DNA of 64,000 nucleotides. It comes from Eledone cirrhosa (taxonomy: Eukaryota). Each line of letters begins with the position of its first letter. Position 1 is the stretch's first letter. Made by a program: the position numbers and the translations under genes. Below, in pieces: positions 40,215 through 53,700 of the stretch. Location of the stretch: contig CAXHJY010000184.1 in NCBI GenBank assembly GCA_964016885.1, forward strand, positions 620,001 to 684,000. Direction: 5' to 3'. The notes under the pieces were generated by a model. That model saw only the letters and a program-made list of their open reading frames with translations, ran no database searches and had not been told where the DNA came from.

Positions 40215-43200
40215 TTATTAATGGTCACACCTCGTCGTCCCCTGCGAAGTGTAATGTAAATGCCATTTTTCTTATCTCTCTCCAGTCTATCGGTCCATTC
40301 ATTCATATTGTTCTAAATAATCTTCTCTTTGCTATCGGTCCATTCATTCATATATCCGTATCATCGCCCAAAATCCAATCTTTGCTCTCTCTCAATGCTA
40401 TTCTATAATTCTGTCTGGTTGTTTCTAAATAATCTTCTTGTATTTTAAAACCCCATTATTCGCTTATTATTACTGTTATATGCTTGTCCAATTATGCCCA
40501 AAATTCGAAGATTTCATTTAAACCCTCTCGCTAACTACCCCATACCCCTCCCACTCTCCACCATTATTATTAGGACCAATCATAAGTCAGCGGCCTATGC
40601 TATCACTTCTGGTTGCTTGCCGATATGATGGATGGACTATGGAATTCAGGAGAGTCTGAAAAAAAAATCTGGACACTCAGTGACAATGCCAAAGATAAAG
40701 ACAAATTCACCACATGCTGCCGGACTCCTCCTCTTTGTTTCGGCCGCGGATGGCTAACATAACCCCAACCCCGCGCCCCACCCACCAAACGCAATCCAAA
40801 ACTTCAGAGTTGGTACCATGAATGTAGGCACCTTAAAAGGTCGCTCTAACGAGGTTGTAGAAATGCTTGAACGTAAGGAGGTTGATGTTTGCTGTATCCA
40901 ATAGACCACGTGGACTTGTGGGTCTGCTAGATTCATTGTGGGTAAAAAACGATGCTATAAGCTTTTCTGGGTGGGAAATGAAAATGGGCTGGGTGGGTAG
41001 GAATCATGTTAGCAGAAAAATGGGTGGATAAGATAATAGACGTAAATAGAGTGAACGACAGAATAATTTAAATAAGACTTGTCCTAAATAGAACTACTGT
41101 GACAGTAATATCTGCGTATGCACCCCAATCCGGATGGCCTGGAGCTATAAAAGACAGATTCTATGAGACATTGATGCTCACTACCTCCCAAATAACCGAC
41201 AGTGACTACATAATTATTGCTGCCGACCTAAATGGTCACGTTGGACAACATTGTGACGGCTATGACGGAATCTAGGGAGGCTATGGGTTTGGTTCTAGAA
41301 ATGAGGAAGGCTCCAGAATCCTGGAATTCTGTGATGCAAATAACCTAACTATCTGTAACACTAACTTAAAAAAACGAGACAATCACTTGATCACCTATAG
41401 ATCAGGGGAACACGCCAGTCAGATAGATTATATCCTTACCAGAAGACATGATAGAGTGTCTGTTGTAAACACTAAATCCCTCCCCCATGAAGAATGCACC
41501 TCCCAACATACTCATAGTCAGCGACCTCATAGTCAGGACAAGACGTACTCGACAACAGAGGAGGATTATCCTCAGGAGAAAAATATGGAAGCTAAAGGAC
41601 CCCACAGCCAGTAATAAATTTAAAAGCATATTACTTGATGCTTTCGACAGTAAGGAAGAGCAATTAGAGTCGTACAATATAGAGGAACAGTGGGAATTCC
41701 TGAAAGCTAACCTGCTGAAGGCGGCAGATGAAGTCTGTGGCTGGAGCAGGCCTATAGGCAGGAGGAGAGTAACGTGGTGGTGGAACAGTAAGGTAGAGGA
41801 GTCAATTAAGGCCAAAAAGCAGGCTTGGAAAGTATGGCGGGATGGAGGAAGTAGAGAAGACTATCAAGTGGCCAGGAGGGAAGCTAGGAGACAAGTGTAC
41901 TTCACAAGAAGGGAAGCAGAGGAAAGAAAGTTCATGCATGTTCTACAACGCGAGGATCAAAAACGTGAGGTGTTCAGGATTGCTAGGCAATGTGTCAAGG
42001 AAAACCGTGATATTGTCGGGGAGAAGTGTGTCCTTAATGATGATGGTGTACTTGCCATCACTGACGCTGATAAGAAGGTAGCTTGGAAGTGTCACTATGA
42101 AAGGCTACTAAATGAGGAGAATAAATGGGAGAAAGACAGTCTCGCCCACATCGATCCAATAGAGGGACCAGCAGTGCAAGTTGAAGGTAGTATAATAAGT
42201 AAGGCAATCAAAGATATGAAGACGGGTAAGGCGGCTGGGCCTTCGGAAATAGTTGCTGAGATGCTGAAAGCATCTGGAACGGTGGGACACACTATGGTCA
42301 CCCGGATAGTAAACCAAGTCATACAGAATGGGGCCGTTCCGAAGGACTGGCGTAGCAGCATCATCATTAACTGCTACAAGGGTAAAGGAGATGCTCTTGA
42401 TAGGGGTAACTATAGAGGCATTAAATTAATCGACCAGGTCATGAAGGTGGCAGAAAAAGTAATAGCGCAACTAATCAGAGAGAGAAGTGATCTAGATGAA
42501 ATGCAGTTCCAGTTTGTGTCAAGTAAAAGTACCACAGACGCTCTTTTCATTGTACGACAACTACAAGAGAAGTACCTAGCTAACAGTAAACCCCTATTCT
42601 TAGCTTTTGTTGACTTGGAGAAAGCCTTTGACAGAGTCCCCCGCTCCATTATCTGGTGGGCTCTTAGAAAACTAGGTGTTGATGAATGGCTGGTGAGAGC
42701 TATACAAGCCATGTATAAAGAAACAGTCAGCAAGGTTAGAATTAACAACAAATATAGTGAAGAGTTTAGCGTAAAAGTTGGTGTTCATCAGGGCTCTGTT
42801 CTTAGCCCCCTACTATTTATTATTGCCCTTCAGGCTATAACAGAGGAGTTCAAGACCGGCTGCCCATGGGAACTGCTATATGCAGATGATCTAACGCTCA
42901 TAGCTGAATCAATGGCTGAACTAGAGAAGAAATTCCAAACATGGAAGCATGGCCTAGAATCAAAAGGCCTTAAAGTTAACTTGTCTAAGACTAAAGTTCT
43001 AGTTTGTAGGAAGGAAAATAGGGCACCGGTTCCATCTGGGAAATGGCCATGCTCAGTGTGTAGGAAAGGAGTAGGTAGAAACTCCATTTTATGTCCCAAA
43101 TGCAAAGTATGGGTACATAAAAGATGTAGTGGGATCACAGGTAAACTAACTAAGAATATAGATTTTATATGTGGCCGGTGCTCTGGTGCAATAAGTAGCA

Positions 43201-44217
43201 GCAAGTGCCCACAGAATACTAGCTCATTCCATTGCACAGATGGTTCTATAGAAATAGTGGACAGCTTCCGTTACCTGGGTGACAAAATCAGCAGTGGGGG
43301 GAGGGTGCTCTGAAAATACAGTAGTTAGAGTCAGAACGGGATGGAAAAAGTTCAGAGAGCTTATACCATATTGGCCGCTAAAGGGTTCTCTCTAAAAATG
43401 AAAGGCAGGCTGTATGATGCCTGCATACGAACAGCAATGTTACATGGCAGTGAGACCTGGGCATTGTGTGCAGAGGATATTCGCAGACTGGAGAGAAACG
43501 AAGCTTGCATGCTCCACTGGATGTGTAATAGTAATATATGTGAATGGCAAAGCATAAACGAACTAAGGGAGAAATTAGGAATAAGAGGGATCAGATGTTG
43601 TTTACTCGAGAGAAGGCTACGTTGGTACGGTCACGTGATGCGCATGAAAGACGACAGCTGTATAAGAAAGTGCAGGGCGATAAAAATAGACGGTAGCCAC
43701 GGAGCAGGCAGACCCAGAAAAACCTGGGGCGACTTGATAAATTCCGACCTCACACACTTACACTTCTCCAAGACAATGTCACTGGACCGAGATATTTGGC
43801 GCTACACAGTCATACAGAAGACCCGCCTTGCCTAAGTACAAAGCGAAACCTACAGTCAGTAGGCACCTCTAACAAAAATACACCCCTGTCCCAATACCCC
43901 CACCCCATCCACACCACCCCCTTCAATGTGAAGTTATGTTGGTACCACAACATCCAGTCCGAAACAAATGAGGTCGTGTAGGTGTCACGACAAAAAAACT
44001 CACAGTCCACGCTGTAATGTGGCCGTGTAGGCAACACGGTAAAAACCTCCCAGTTCACACTGTAAACGTGGTTGGTGTTAGGAAGGGCATCCAGCCGTAG
44101 AAAACCTGCCAGACAGTCCTATGCGAGCAAGACAACAAATCTTGCCTCAAGTGGGAAAACTCCCGTCCAAACCCATGCAAGTGTGGAAGATAGACGTTAA
44201 ACGATGATGATGATGAT
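40210..44217 (+). mobile_element. Near full-length RTE-clade LINE (APE endonuclease, RT, Cys-rich PHD-like finger), inactivated
   Basis: ~40800 VGTMNVGTL..DVCCIQ*, ISAYAPQ, DLNGHVG, QIDYIL; 608-aa ORF with YADD; (GAT)n tail; several stops and frameshifts; 5' boundary approximate. Confidence 0.95.
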
Positions 44218-44368
44218 ATAGTGGTGGAATACTGGAAGGTAATATCCGTAGTGGTAGAGCACTCAGTCCATGGGACGAGTTAGGTAGAAGGGGTTACACA
44301 ACAGTTAGTTCACCATACCGAGAACAATTGTTTCACCTTAGCGGATCCTCAGCTTGGAAAAGGTTTAA

Positions 44369-44815
44369 CCCTTTAGCATCCACATTACTCTATATTTACT
44401 ATTTTCATGGTAAAGGCTTTCATCATCATCATCATCATCATCTTCGTTTAACGTCTATTTTCCACGCTAGCATGGGTTAGACGGGAGTTGTCCTACTTGA
44501 GGCAAGGTTGGTCGGGTGACCATGTCGCGCTCATATAGGACTATCTGGCAGGTTTTCTACGGCTGGATGCCCTTCCTAACACCAACCACATTTACAGTGT
44601 GGAACAGGGAACCTTTTACCATGTTACCTACACGGCCACATTACAGCGTGGACTGCTTTATCTCACATAATTATCTCAATATTGATTCTACAAGATTTTG
44701 ATATTTATTTTTAGAACAATACCTTAACATCAGTATGAGCTCCAGTTACAGCCAGTTTGAACAGAAAGAGGTGAGACAATTCTGGCTGGTTATGGCCGGT
44801 TTAAATGCTAAAGGG
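44369..44815. mobile_element. piggyBac-type MITE interrupted by an RTE-tail insertion (44421-44654, -)
   Basis: TTAA-CCCTTTAGCAT ... ATGCTAAAGGG; insert flanked by GCTTT on both sides. Confidence 0.8.
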
Positions 44816-45467
44816 TTCAGTTAAACTTCAGCTTAAAAAAACTTCTAGCTGAAGGTTGTGAGTCTCTGTCATCATCATCTTCATTTTAAGCTTCCATTTC
44901 CATGGGTTGGACAGGAAGTGGGTAGACAGACAAGGTGGTAGTGATAGTAGATAGGAGGAGGGAATAGCTAAAGGGATATGGACGTTTATGAATGAGTGTT
45001 TCAATTGTTCAATCAATGGAACAGCCTGCTTATAAAATTAACATGTAGAAGAGTGCACATGTGTGGCTAGACTGGCCTTTCGAATTACAAATAAAGGCTA
45101 TCCAATGGGCTTCCAAACAGTTTCTATCTACTAAATTTTCCTCACAAAGTATGGATCAACTCATGGCTTTGATAAATGCCATGGGATTGAACCCATCACC
45201 TAATAATAATGGTTTCTGTTTTAACCATTTTGGGGGTAAGGAAAGTCGGTTAAATCGACCCCAGTACATTACTGGTTCTTTATTTTATCAACCCTGTAAG
45301 GATGAAAGACAAAGCTAACCTTGGCAGGATTTGAACTCAGAACATAAAGGGACATAACTATATGCCACAAACTTCTTAACAATTCGGCTATGCTACATTT
45401 ATGATGAAAAAGACTGGAAAGAGACATAAAAAAGAACAAACAAAAAGATTCAAAAGATATGACATAC

Positions 45468-45632
45468 CATAATTAAATACTCGAGGTGAGGTGAGTTTGA
45501 CATCTTTTAGTGTTCCAAGATGGTTTTGGATGACAACACGGTACCCTTGGCTTTGAGCATGGCTGACAAATGAACCGATGTAACAGCTCTCACTGTTGCT
45601 ACCATGGCCAGGACATACAACTATTGTAAACT
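45468..45632 (-). CDS. ABHD2: ABHD2-like exon (most 5' exon found)
   Basis: ttgttttag|FTIVVCPGHGSNSESCYIGSFVSHAQSQGYRVVIQNHLGTLKDVKLTSPRVFNY(G)|gtatgt; compare ABHD2 VICPGIANHSE..GYRCAVLNHLG..LTSPRMFTYG. Confidence 0.93.
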
Positions 45633-45804
45633 CTAAAACAAGGAGAAACACCTATAAATATCAAACATAAATAATACATTGTGTTATATAATGTGTGTGT
45701 GTTATACTTTGGGAGGGACATGCTGCCAAACACACGCCCCAGTTGGTTTTCACTTCTATTTATTATAAATTTCCAGTTGGTGAACCAATCAACCAGAAAT
45801 TTAT

Positions 45805-46477
45805 AATTGTTTCTACTTTTGGCACAAGGCCAGCAATTAACCAGTACATTACTGGTACTTTATTTTATCGACCCTGTAAGGATGAAAGGCAAAGTTAACC
45901 TCGGATTTGAACTCGGACTGTAAAGGGACGTAACTATGCTGGAAAGCATGGCATCCGACCCTTCACCAATACTGCCAATTCACCAACCAGAAATGTATAA
46001 TAAATTGAAGTGAAAACCCTCAGGTGCATGTGTTTTTATTGGCAACATGACCCTACCAAAGTATAACAATATCTGTCTCAACACATGTTTTTAGATAAGA
46101 AATATTGCAAAACAAATTTAAAAATGTAGTATATATTACATTGAAAATAAGACCAAAGACAATTGTATATTTTAATTAATGCACGTTTCTTCTATCTCAT
46201 AAGACACATAATTAATTATTAGTTAATTATATGAGCAAATGATTGGATTCATCAGAATTAATAAAAAATACAAGAAACATTTTTACCTCTTCGATACATT
46301 TTGTATGTGAGATTACATTACTGGTAACTGTCTACCTTTGAGTATAAATTATGTCATTATTGAAATATACATAACGAGGTTAACTTTGCCTTTCATCCTT
46401 ACGGAGTCGATAAAATAAAGTACCAGTAATACACTGGGATAATTGCTGGCCTTGTGCCAAAAATAGAAACAATTATT
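45805..46477. mobile_element. SINE family B copies: 45805-45985 (-) and 46376-46477 (+); others at 45210-45370, 49253-49360, 20630-20780
   Basis: Shared GCCTTTCATCCTTA..TCGATAAAATAAAGTACCAGT body. Confidence 0.75.
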
Positions 46478-47474
46478 GAAATATACATAACTAACTTTTT
46501 CACACTTCCAATAGCAACCTGCCTAAATCTACTTCTATGGAACACAGCCATCTATTTTAAATGGTTCTGATTTAAATTTAAACCTTCCAACATAAATTTG
46601 TATAAGAACCTTTGGTTATGTTAGAAGTACCACCTTAATAATAGAAACAATTTTAGTAAATCCCTTCAAATAATTAATAGTTATTTTTATATTAGAAATA
46701 TGGTAATGAAAGGGTTCAAAGTTACACACACACACAGTACACTTCCTATCTCAGTCATGTTTCTTAAATAAGAAATTTGCTTTTGAATCACAAGGTCCTG
46801 GTTTGTTGTAACCCCACATTTGTCCCTGTAAAAAGTTATTTCTCCAAAGTTACTCATACATTTTAATCCTGTATTTCATTTGTACAAATATGCTGAACAT
46901 TTATGTAATTATATACTAGACATACATTATTAAAATATTTTTATCTTTAATCACTTCCATGTGTCAGTAATTAGCATAAACTATAGGGTTTCTCTTATGC
47001 AAACCATTGATTTATCAAAAAAAATTTCCCAGTTTGTATGATTGTTCATATACCCACCAGTCCTGGTATATATGGTATACCAATCCTGGACACCAAATAT
47101 TAAATATATCCAACACTATTGTCACCATTACTGACGACACTGGTCCACCAGTCCTGGTATATATGGTCCACCAGTCCTGGTATATATGCTATACCAATCC
47201 TGGACTCCCAAAACAATGTTTAACACTATTGCCAACATTATTCATGACATGGGTTCACTGGTTACAAATGATTAATCAAATTTGTACTCAGATACACACA
47301 TATATATAAAATTTGGGGGAGAAACAGGGAGCTGTGTGGTTACTTGATAAAGTGTATTTAAAAGTAAAAGGAAAGCATAAACAGGGGACAATCTCTTCAG
47401 TTGTCTTCTGGAGATCATGGATATTTCAACACATTAAAGACAATAACTGGTGGAAGTTATTGGGGGAAAAAAGT

Positions 47475-47519
<45 letters not shown>

Positions 47520-48737
47520 TATATCATCATCATTTCACATCTATCTTCCACGCTAGCATGGGTTTATACATATATATATTGTAGGCCAGGGGTTGGTTTA
47601 GTGGGAGTTATGAGTCTTATTTGTGAGTTGAGGCAATTAACAGTCTTATTTAGAGAGAGAAAGTGAAAATTTGAATGAAAAACTATATATAATTAATATT
47701 AAATGAAATAAAAACATCTATAATTAATATTAATTAAAATCATAATATTGCCCAAAGGCCAATTCTATCAACATCACCACCACCATCATCACCACCAGTG
47801 GTACTAAACAGGTTTGCCATCACCACCCTATTTCTACAACAACAGGGACATCCAACTCTTAATCACACCAACAACATTTTATAATATTTATATGATTTGC
47901 ATTATATATTTACAAACAATTTATACAGTCTAAAGTCTGAAGCTCAGAGGTTCATTAGGTTGTTGCTTATCTGGGTTTATGTGGCATCAAGTGACAGATT
48001 ACCCCCAGTTTCATAAATCCTTTAAATTTGTTTTCATAAAATTTGAATTTTAGAAATTTAACATAATTATATTATAATATTAATACAAATACATATTAAC
48101 CTTTAAAACCTAAAATTTGATTCTTTACCCTGAAATAACAAATTAAATATTTTGAAAATTAACCACCACCTATACTATATAAGAATCTGTGGGTGTAGAA
48201 ACTTGAACATAAATTACTCCCCTTTGTCTCTCTCTTTAATCATCTTTCATCTGTCTTCTCAAGCTAAATACTAAATAAGTTATCACATCAGCTATTTCTT
48301 CCTATATGCTTTCCTTTCCCTCCTCTTTCTCCAGTAGTTTTTAAAAATTAAAAATTCTGTAACTGTTATATTGATGCCATGTATTTCTTAAAATATATTA
48401 CATTCTTTATTGTTTGTATTACATTTTCTCATGTTCTCAATATTAGGGTATAAATATTGAGTTTTGTCATAAGTTAATTACTACCTTGATTAAATCTTAA
48501 CCATCTACCATGTCAGGGTATATCATGTATCATTTTATTTTATCTGATGAGGATGTACTGTTGAACTTAATTCAGTACCTCAAATATGTATAATAAAATA
48601 TAATTGATCACAAGAATATCTATTTTGTTAATATTTTGTATTAATATTAATAACTCTGGAAAATATTTACTGTAGAGTGCTTCCAATCTATTGTAAAACT
48701 CATTCTTTGATGTATTCATTGAATTGTGTTTAACTCT

Positions 48738-48779
<42 letters not shown>

Positions 48780-49543
48780 ATGTAATAAGAAAGTACTGTT
48801 GTTCTGGACACTAGTTCAATTTTCTCAACACTTTTCATGTTCTCTGAAGTAGGATGATGGGTGAAGCCTATGTGGTCGCTCAACCTGCTAGAAATAGAAG
48901 CCAAATTACCCACAAATCACATCTCACTGTCTTTAAAAAAATAACAAAAACTGAAATGACATTAAATAAATTGATCCTCAATACTCCTGAAAAGAAAATC
49001 AAAAAAATAAACGGGAATGTCTTTAATCATAAATTTGCTCATTCAGTGCTAACCTGGGGTTAAACAACAACAATAAGGTTTTGTGAGAAAGTAATAACCA
49101 TGAAAGTGTTTTAAAGCATGGCTAGAAATACTTTATATAATTGGAATTAATTCAGAAGCTCCTGTGTTGTGTATTTATATAATACATGTGTGTTCTTGTG
49201 GCCAGTTTTCTTTTTTCCCCCTTGTTACTGTGTCAGATACTCTTGGGTCAAATAATTGTTTCTACTTTTGGCACAAGGCCAGCAATTATCCAGTACATTA
49301 CTGGTACTTTATTTTATCGACCCCATAAGGATGAAAGGCAAAGTTAACCTCGGCGGGATTTAATAGTGAGGTGAGGGTTGGAATAAGTGGTAGGGGTGAA
49401 AAATCAATAGTATTTCTAGGTTAATGTACTTTTTTTGCCATGTATAATGTTTTTTTTATGTATAAAGAAAATTAATTCTACCACTTGAAATAAAATTTCA
49501 CCAAAGATAAGTAAGTAAAATTTAATATGTGGGGGAGGGGGAT

Positions 49544-49581
<38 letters not shown>

Positions 49582-50276
49582 GTGTGAGTGTGTGTGTGAA
49601 ATATAAAACTGGACAGAAAGAATACTAAAGACCAAATGTGGTTTCTATTGATTTGGCAAAAAAAAACTACATAAAAAAATCTCATCAAGAAAAACTAAAT
49701 CAGTTCATAAAACAAGCAGCTATTGTGAGAGTAGAAAACTGTATTAGGAATAAAATATCGCATTTTAAATAAACTCCAGACAACTTACTTTGGTTTTTCA
49801 CTTCTAAATCATGCTGTGTTAATGAATTATAGTTGTTTCACTTATGTCAGGTCAGGCTTCTGTCTGCTACTGGTACCATGTAACCCAGTATATTACTGGT
49901 ACCATGTAACCCAGTACAACCTGCTTCATGGCCAAGTGGTCAGCAGATAAACTGGCTTCTCCACAAGACCCTGGTCTAGTCAGGTCAGGCTTCTGTAACC
50001 CAGTACAACCTGCTTCATTATGGAGTGATGGTGACTAAATTAGCTCCCCACACCAGATCCCGGTGTGGTGAGGAAAGTAAGTAGAACCCCAGCAACAGAA
50101 AAACAACTGTTACAAGGGTTGATGAACTCCTCTTCAGAGTCAACAGCCACCCATAATTGCCCAAGTGTGGTGAGTATGGCCACACCCATGAAGTCATAAC
50201 CAAAACCAAACGGGAGTGAAAAGGCTCTGGATTGGATTCTTACATAAAATTATGAAGGAATATTTTTAGATAAATA

Positions 50277-50400
50277 TGAAGGCATTTGGCTGAGTGGTTA
50301 GAGAATTGGATTCACAATCTTGAGGTTGTGAGTTAGATTCCTGGACCGGCGATGCATTATGTCCTTGAGCAAGAAAATTTATTTCACGTTGCTACTTCTA
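50277..50400 (+). mobile_element. SINE family A head + core (another copy at 17380-17490)
   Basis: TGAAGGC..TGGCTGAGTGGTTAGAG..TGTCCTTGAGCAAG. Confidence 0.65.
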
Positions 50401-50794
50401 CCTGGAGTTGCAACCGATAGAAAGTAATAGCAACTGAAAAGACTGATGGAAACATTATTTCCTCGGTCCGATTTGACAAAAGTCGATCAATCCATTTTAA
50501 CAGTAAAAAAGTTTCTTGATGTTTTATTTTCTCGCTATGTTTTCTGAAATTAGTTGAACTGTGGGACCAAATCTACCTTATCTCTCGCTGTCTCTTTTTC
50601 TTTTTTCTTTTTGTTTAATTCAATATAGCTGAGAAGTTAAGGGCTGAAACACTTGCTGGTGTGACATCAACCTTACCATTTCACAATACCCATAGTGTAC
50701 CACTTTCTGTGCTATATAATAGAAATTATCTTCCAAAAAATCTGTACATCAATTCTAAATTGATGTTCAGATTGATAAGAGACATGAACTGTAC

Positions 50795-53700
50795 GACCTA
50801 TATCACAGCTTACCAGTCTATGATGACTAACTCCTAAGACGTTCTAGATAGGACCTATACAACCTATATCACAGTTTACCTACCTATGAGGACAGTAACT
50901 CCTAAGACATGTTCTAGATATGTAACCTGTGATATAGGTTGTATAGGTCCTGTCTATGAGGACAGTAACTCCTAAGACATGTTCTAGATAGGACCTATAC
51001 AACCTATATCACAGCTTACCTGCCTATGATGGCAGTAACTCCTAAGACATGTTCTAGATAGGACCTATACAACCTATATCACAGGACACCTGCCTACGAG
51101 GACAGTAACTCCTAAGACATGTTCTGAGATAGGACCTATACAACCTATATCACAGCTTACCTACCTATGATGACAGTAACACCTAAGACATGTTCTAGAC
51201 AGGACTTATACAACCTATATCACAGGTTACCTGCCTACAAGGACAGTAACTCCTAAGGCATGTTCTGAGATAGGACCTATACAACTTATATCACAGCTTA
51301 CCTGCCTATGATGGCAGTAACTCCTAAGACATGTTCTGAGATAGGACCTATACAACCTATATCACAGCTTACCTACCTATGATGACAGTAACTCCTAAGA
51401 CATGTTCTAGACAGGACCTATACAACCTATATCACAGCTTACCTGCCTATGATGGCAGTAACTCCTAAGATGTGTTCTAGATAGGACCTATAAAACCTAT
51501 ATCACAGCTTACCTGCCTATGAGGACAGTAACTCCTAAGACATGTTCTGAGATAGGACCTATACAACCTATATCACAGCTTACCTGCCTATGATGGCAGT
51601 AACTCCTAAGATATGTTCTAGATAGGACCTATACAACCTATATCACAGCTTACCTGCCTATGATGACAGTAACTCCTAAGACATGTTCTAGATATGTAAC
51701 CTGTGATATAGGTTGTATAGGTCCTGTCTATGATGACAGTAACTCCTAAGACATGTTCTGAGATAGGACCTATACAACCTATATCAAAGCTTACCTGCCT
51801 ATGATGACAGTAACTCCTAAGACATGTTCTAGATATGTAACCTGTGATATAGGTTGTATAGGTCCTGTCTATGATGACAGTAACTCCTAAGACATGTTCT
51901 GAGATAGGACCTATACAACCTATATCACAGCTTACCTGTCTATGATGGGAGTAACTCCTAAGACATGTTCTAGATAGGACCTATACAACCTATATCACAG
52001 CTTACCTGCCTACGAGGACAGTAACTCCTAAGACATGTTCTGAGATAGGACCTATACAACCTATATCACAGGTTACCTGCCTACGAGGACAGTAACTCCT
52101 AAGACATGTTCTGAGATAGGACCTATACAATCTATATCACAGGTTACCTGCCTACGAGGACAGTAACTCCTAAGACATGTTCTGAGAAAGGACCTATACA
52201 ACCTATATCACAGGTTACCTGTCTACGAGGACAGTAACTCCTAAGACATGTTCTAGATAGGACCTATACAATCTATATCACAGGTTACCTGTCTACGAAG
52301 ACAGTAACTCCTAAGACATATTCTAGATAGGACCTATACAACCTATATCTCAGGTTACCTGTCTACGAGGACAGTAACTCCTAAGACAGGTTCTAGACAG
52401 GACCTATACAACCTATATCACAGGTTACCTGTCTATGAGGACAGTAACTCCTAAGACATGTTCTGAGATAGGACCTCTACAACCTATATCACAGGTTACC
52501 TGCCTATGATGGCAGTAACTCCTAAGACATGTTCTATATAGGACCTATACAACCTATATCACAGCTTACCTGCCTATGAGGACAGTAACTCCTAAGACAT
52601 GTTCTATATAGGACCTATACAACCTATATCACAGCTTACCTGCGTATGAGGACAGTAACTCCTAAGACATGTTCTGAGATAGGACCTATACAACCTATAT
52701 CACAGCTTACCTGTCTAATATGGCAGTAACTCCTAAGACATGTTCTGCGATAGGACCTATACAACCTATATCTCAGGTTACCTGCCTATGATGGCAGTAA
52801 CTCCTAAGACATGTTCTGAGATAGGACCTATACAACCTATATCTCAGGTTACCTGTCTACGAGGACAGTAACTCCTAAGACATGTTCCGAGATAGGACCT
52901 ATACAACTTATATCACAGCTTACCTGCCTATGATGGCAGTAACTCCTAAGACATGTTCTAGAAAGGACCTATACAACCTATATCACAGGTTACCTGTCTA
53001 TGAGGACAGTAACTCCTAAGACATGTTCTCGATAGGACCTATACAACCTATATTACAGGTTACCTTCCTATGAGGACAGTAACTCCTAAGACATGTTCTG
53101 AGATAGGACCTATACAACCTATATCACAGGTTACCTGTCTATGAGGACAGTAACTCCTAAGACATGTTCTGAGATAGGACCTATACAACCTATATCACAG
53201 CTTACCTGTCTATGATGGCAGTAACTCCTAAGACATGTTCTGAGATAGGACCTATACAGCCTATATCACAGGTTACCTGTCTATGAGGACAGTAACTCCT
53301 AAGACATGTTCTAGTTAGGACGTATACAACCTATATCACAGGTTACCTGCCTATGATGACAGTAACTCCTAAGACATGTTCTAGTTAGGACCTATACAAC
53401 CTATATCACAGCTTACCTGCCTATGATGACAGTAACTCCTAAGATATGTTCTAGATAGGACCTATACAACCTATATCACAGGTTACCTGCCTACGAGGAC
53501 AGTAACTCCTACGACATGTTCTGAGAAAGGACCTATACAACCTATATCACAGCTTACCTACCTATGAGGACAGTAACTACTAAGACATGTTCTGCGATAG
53601 GACCTATACAACCTATATCACAGCTTACCTACCTATGAGAACAGTAACTCGTAAGACATGTTCTGAGATAGGACCTATACAACCCATATCACAGGTTACC

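Noticed and set aside
41487-43313. 608-aa ORF as a host gene or active retroelement
   Set aside because: Part of an RTE LINE whose endonuclease and C-terminal regions have stops and frameshifts
50670-50720. Donor-like AAATG|GTAAGG on - as an upstream ABHD2 coding exon
   Set aside because: The required phase-1 frame contains a stop and shows no ABHD similarity
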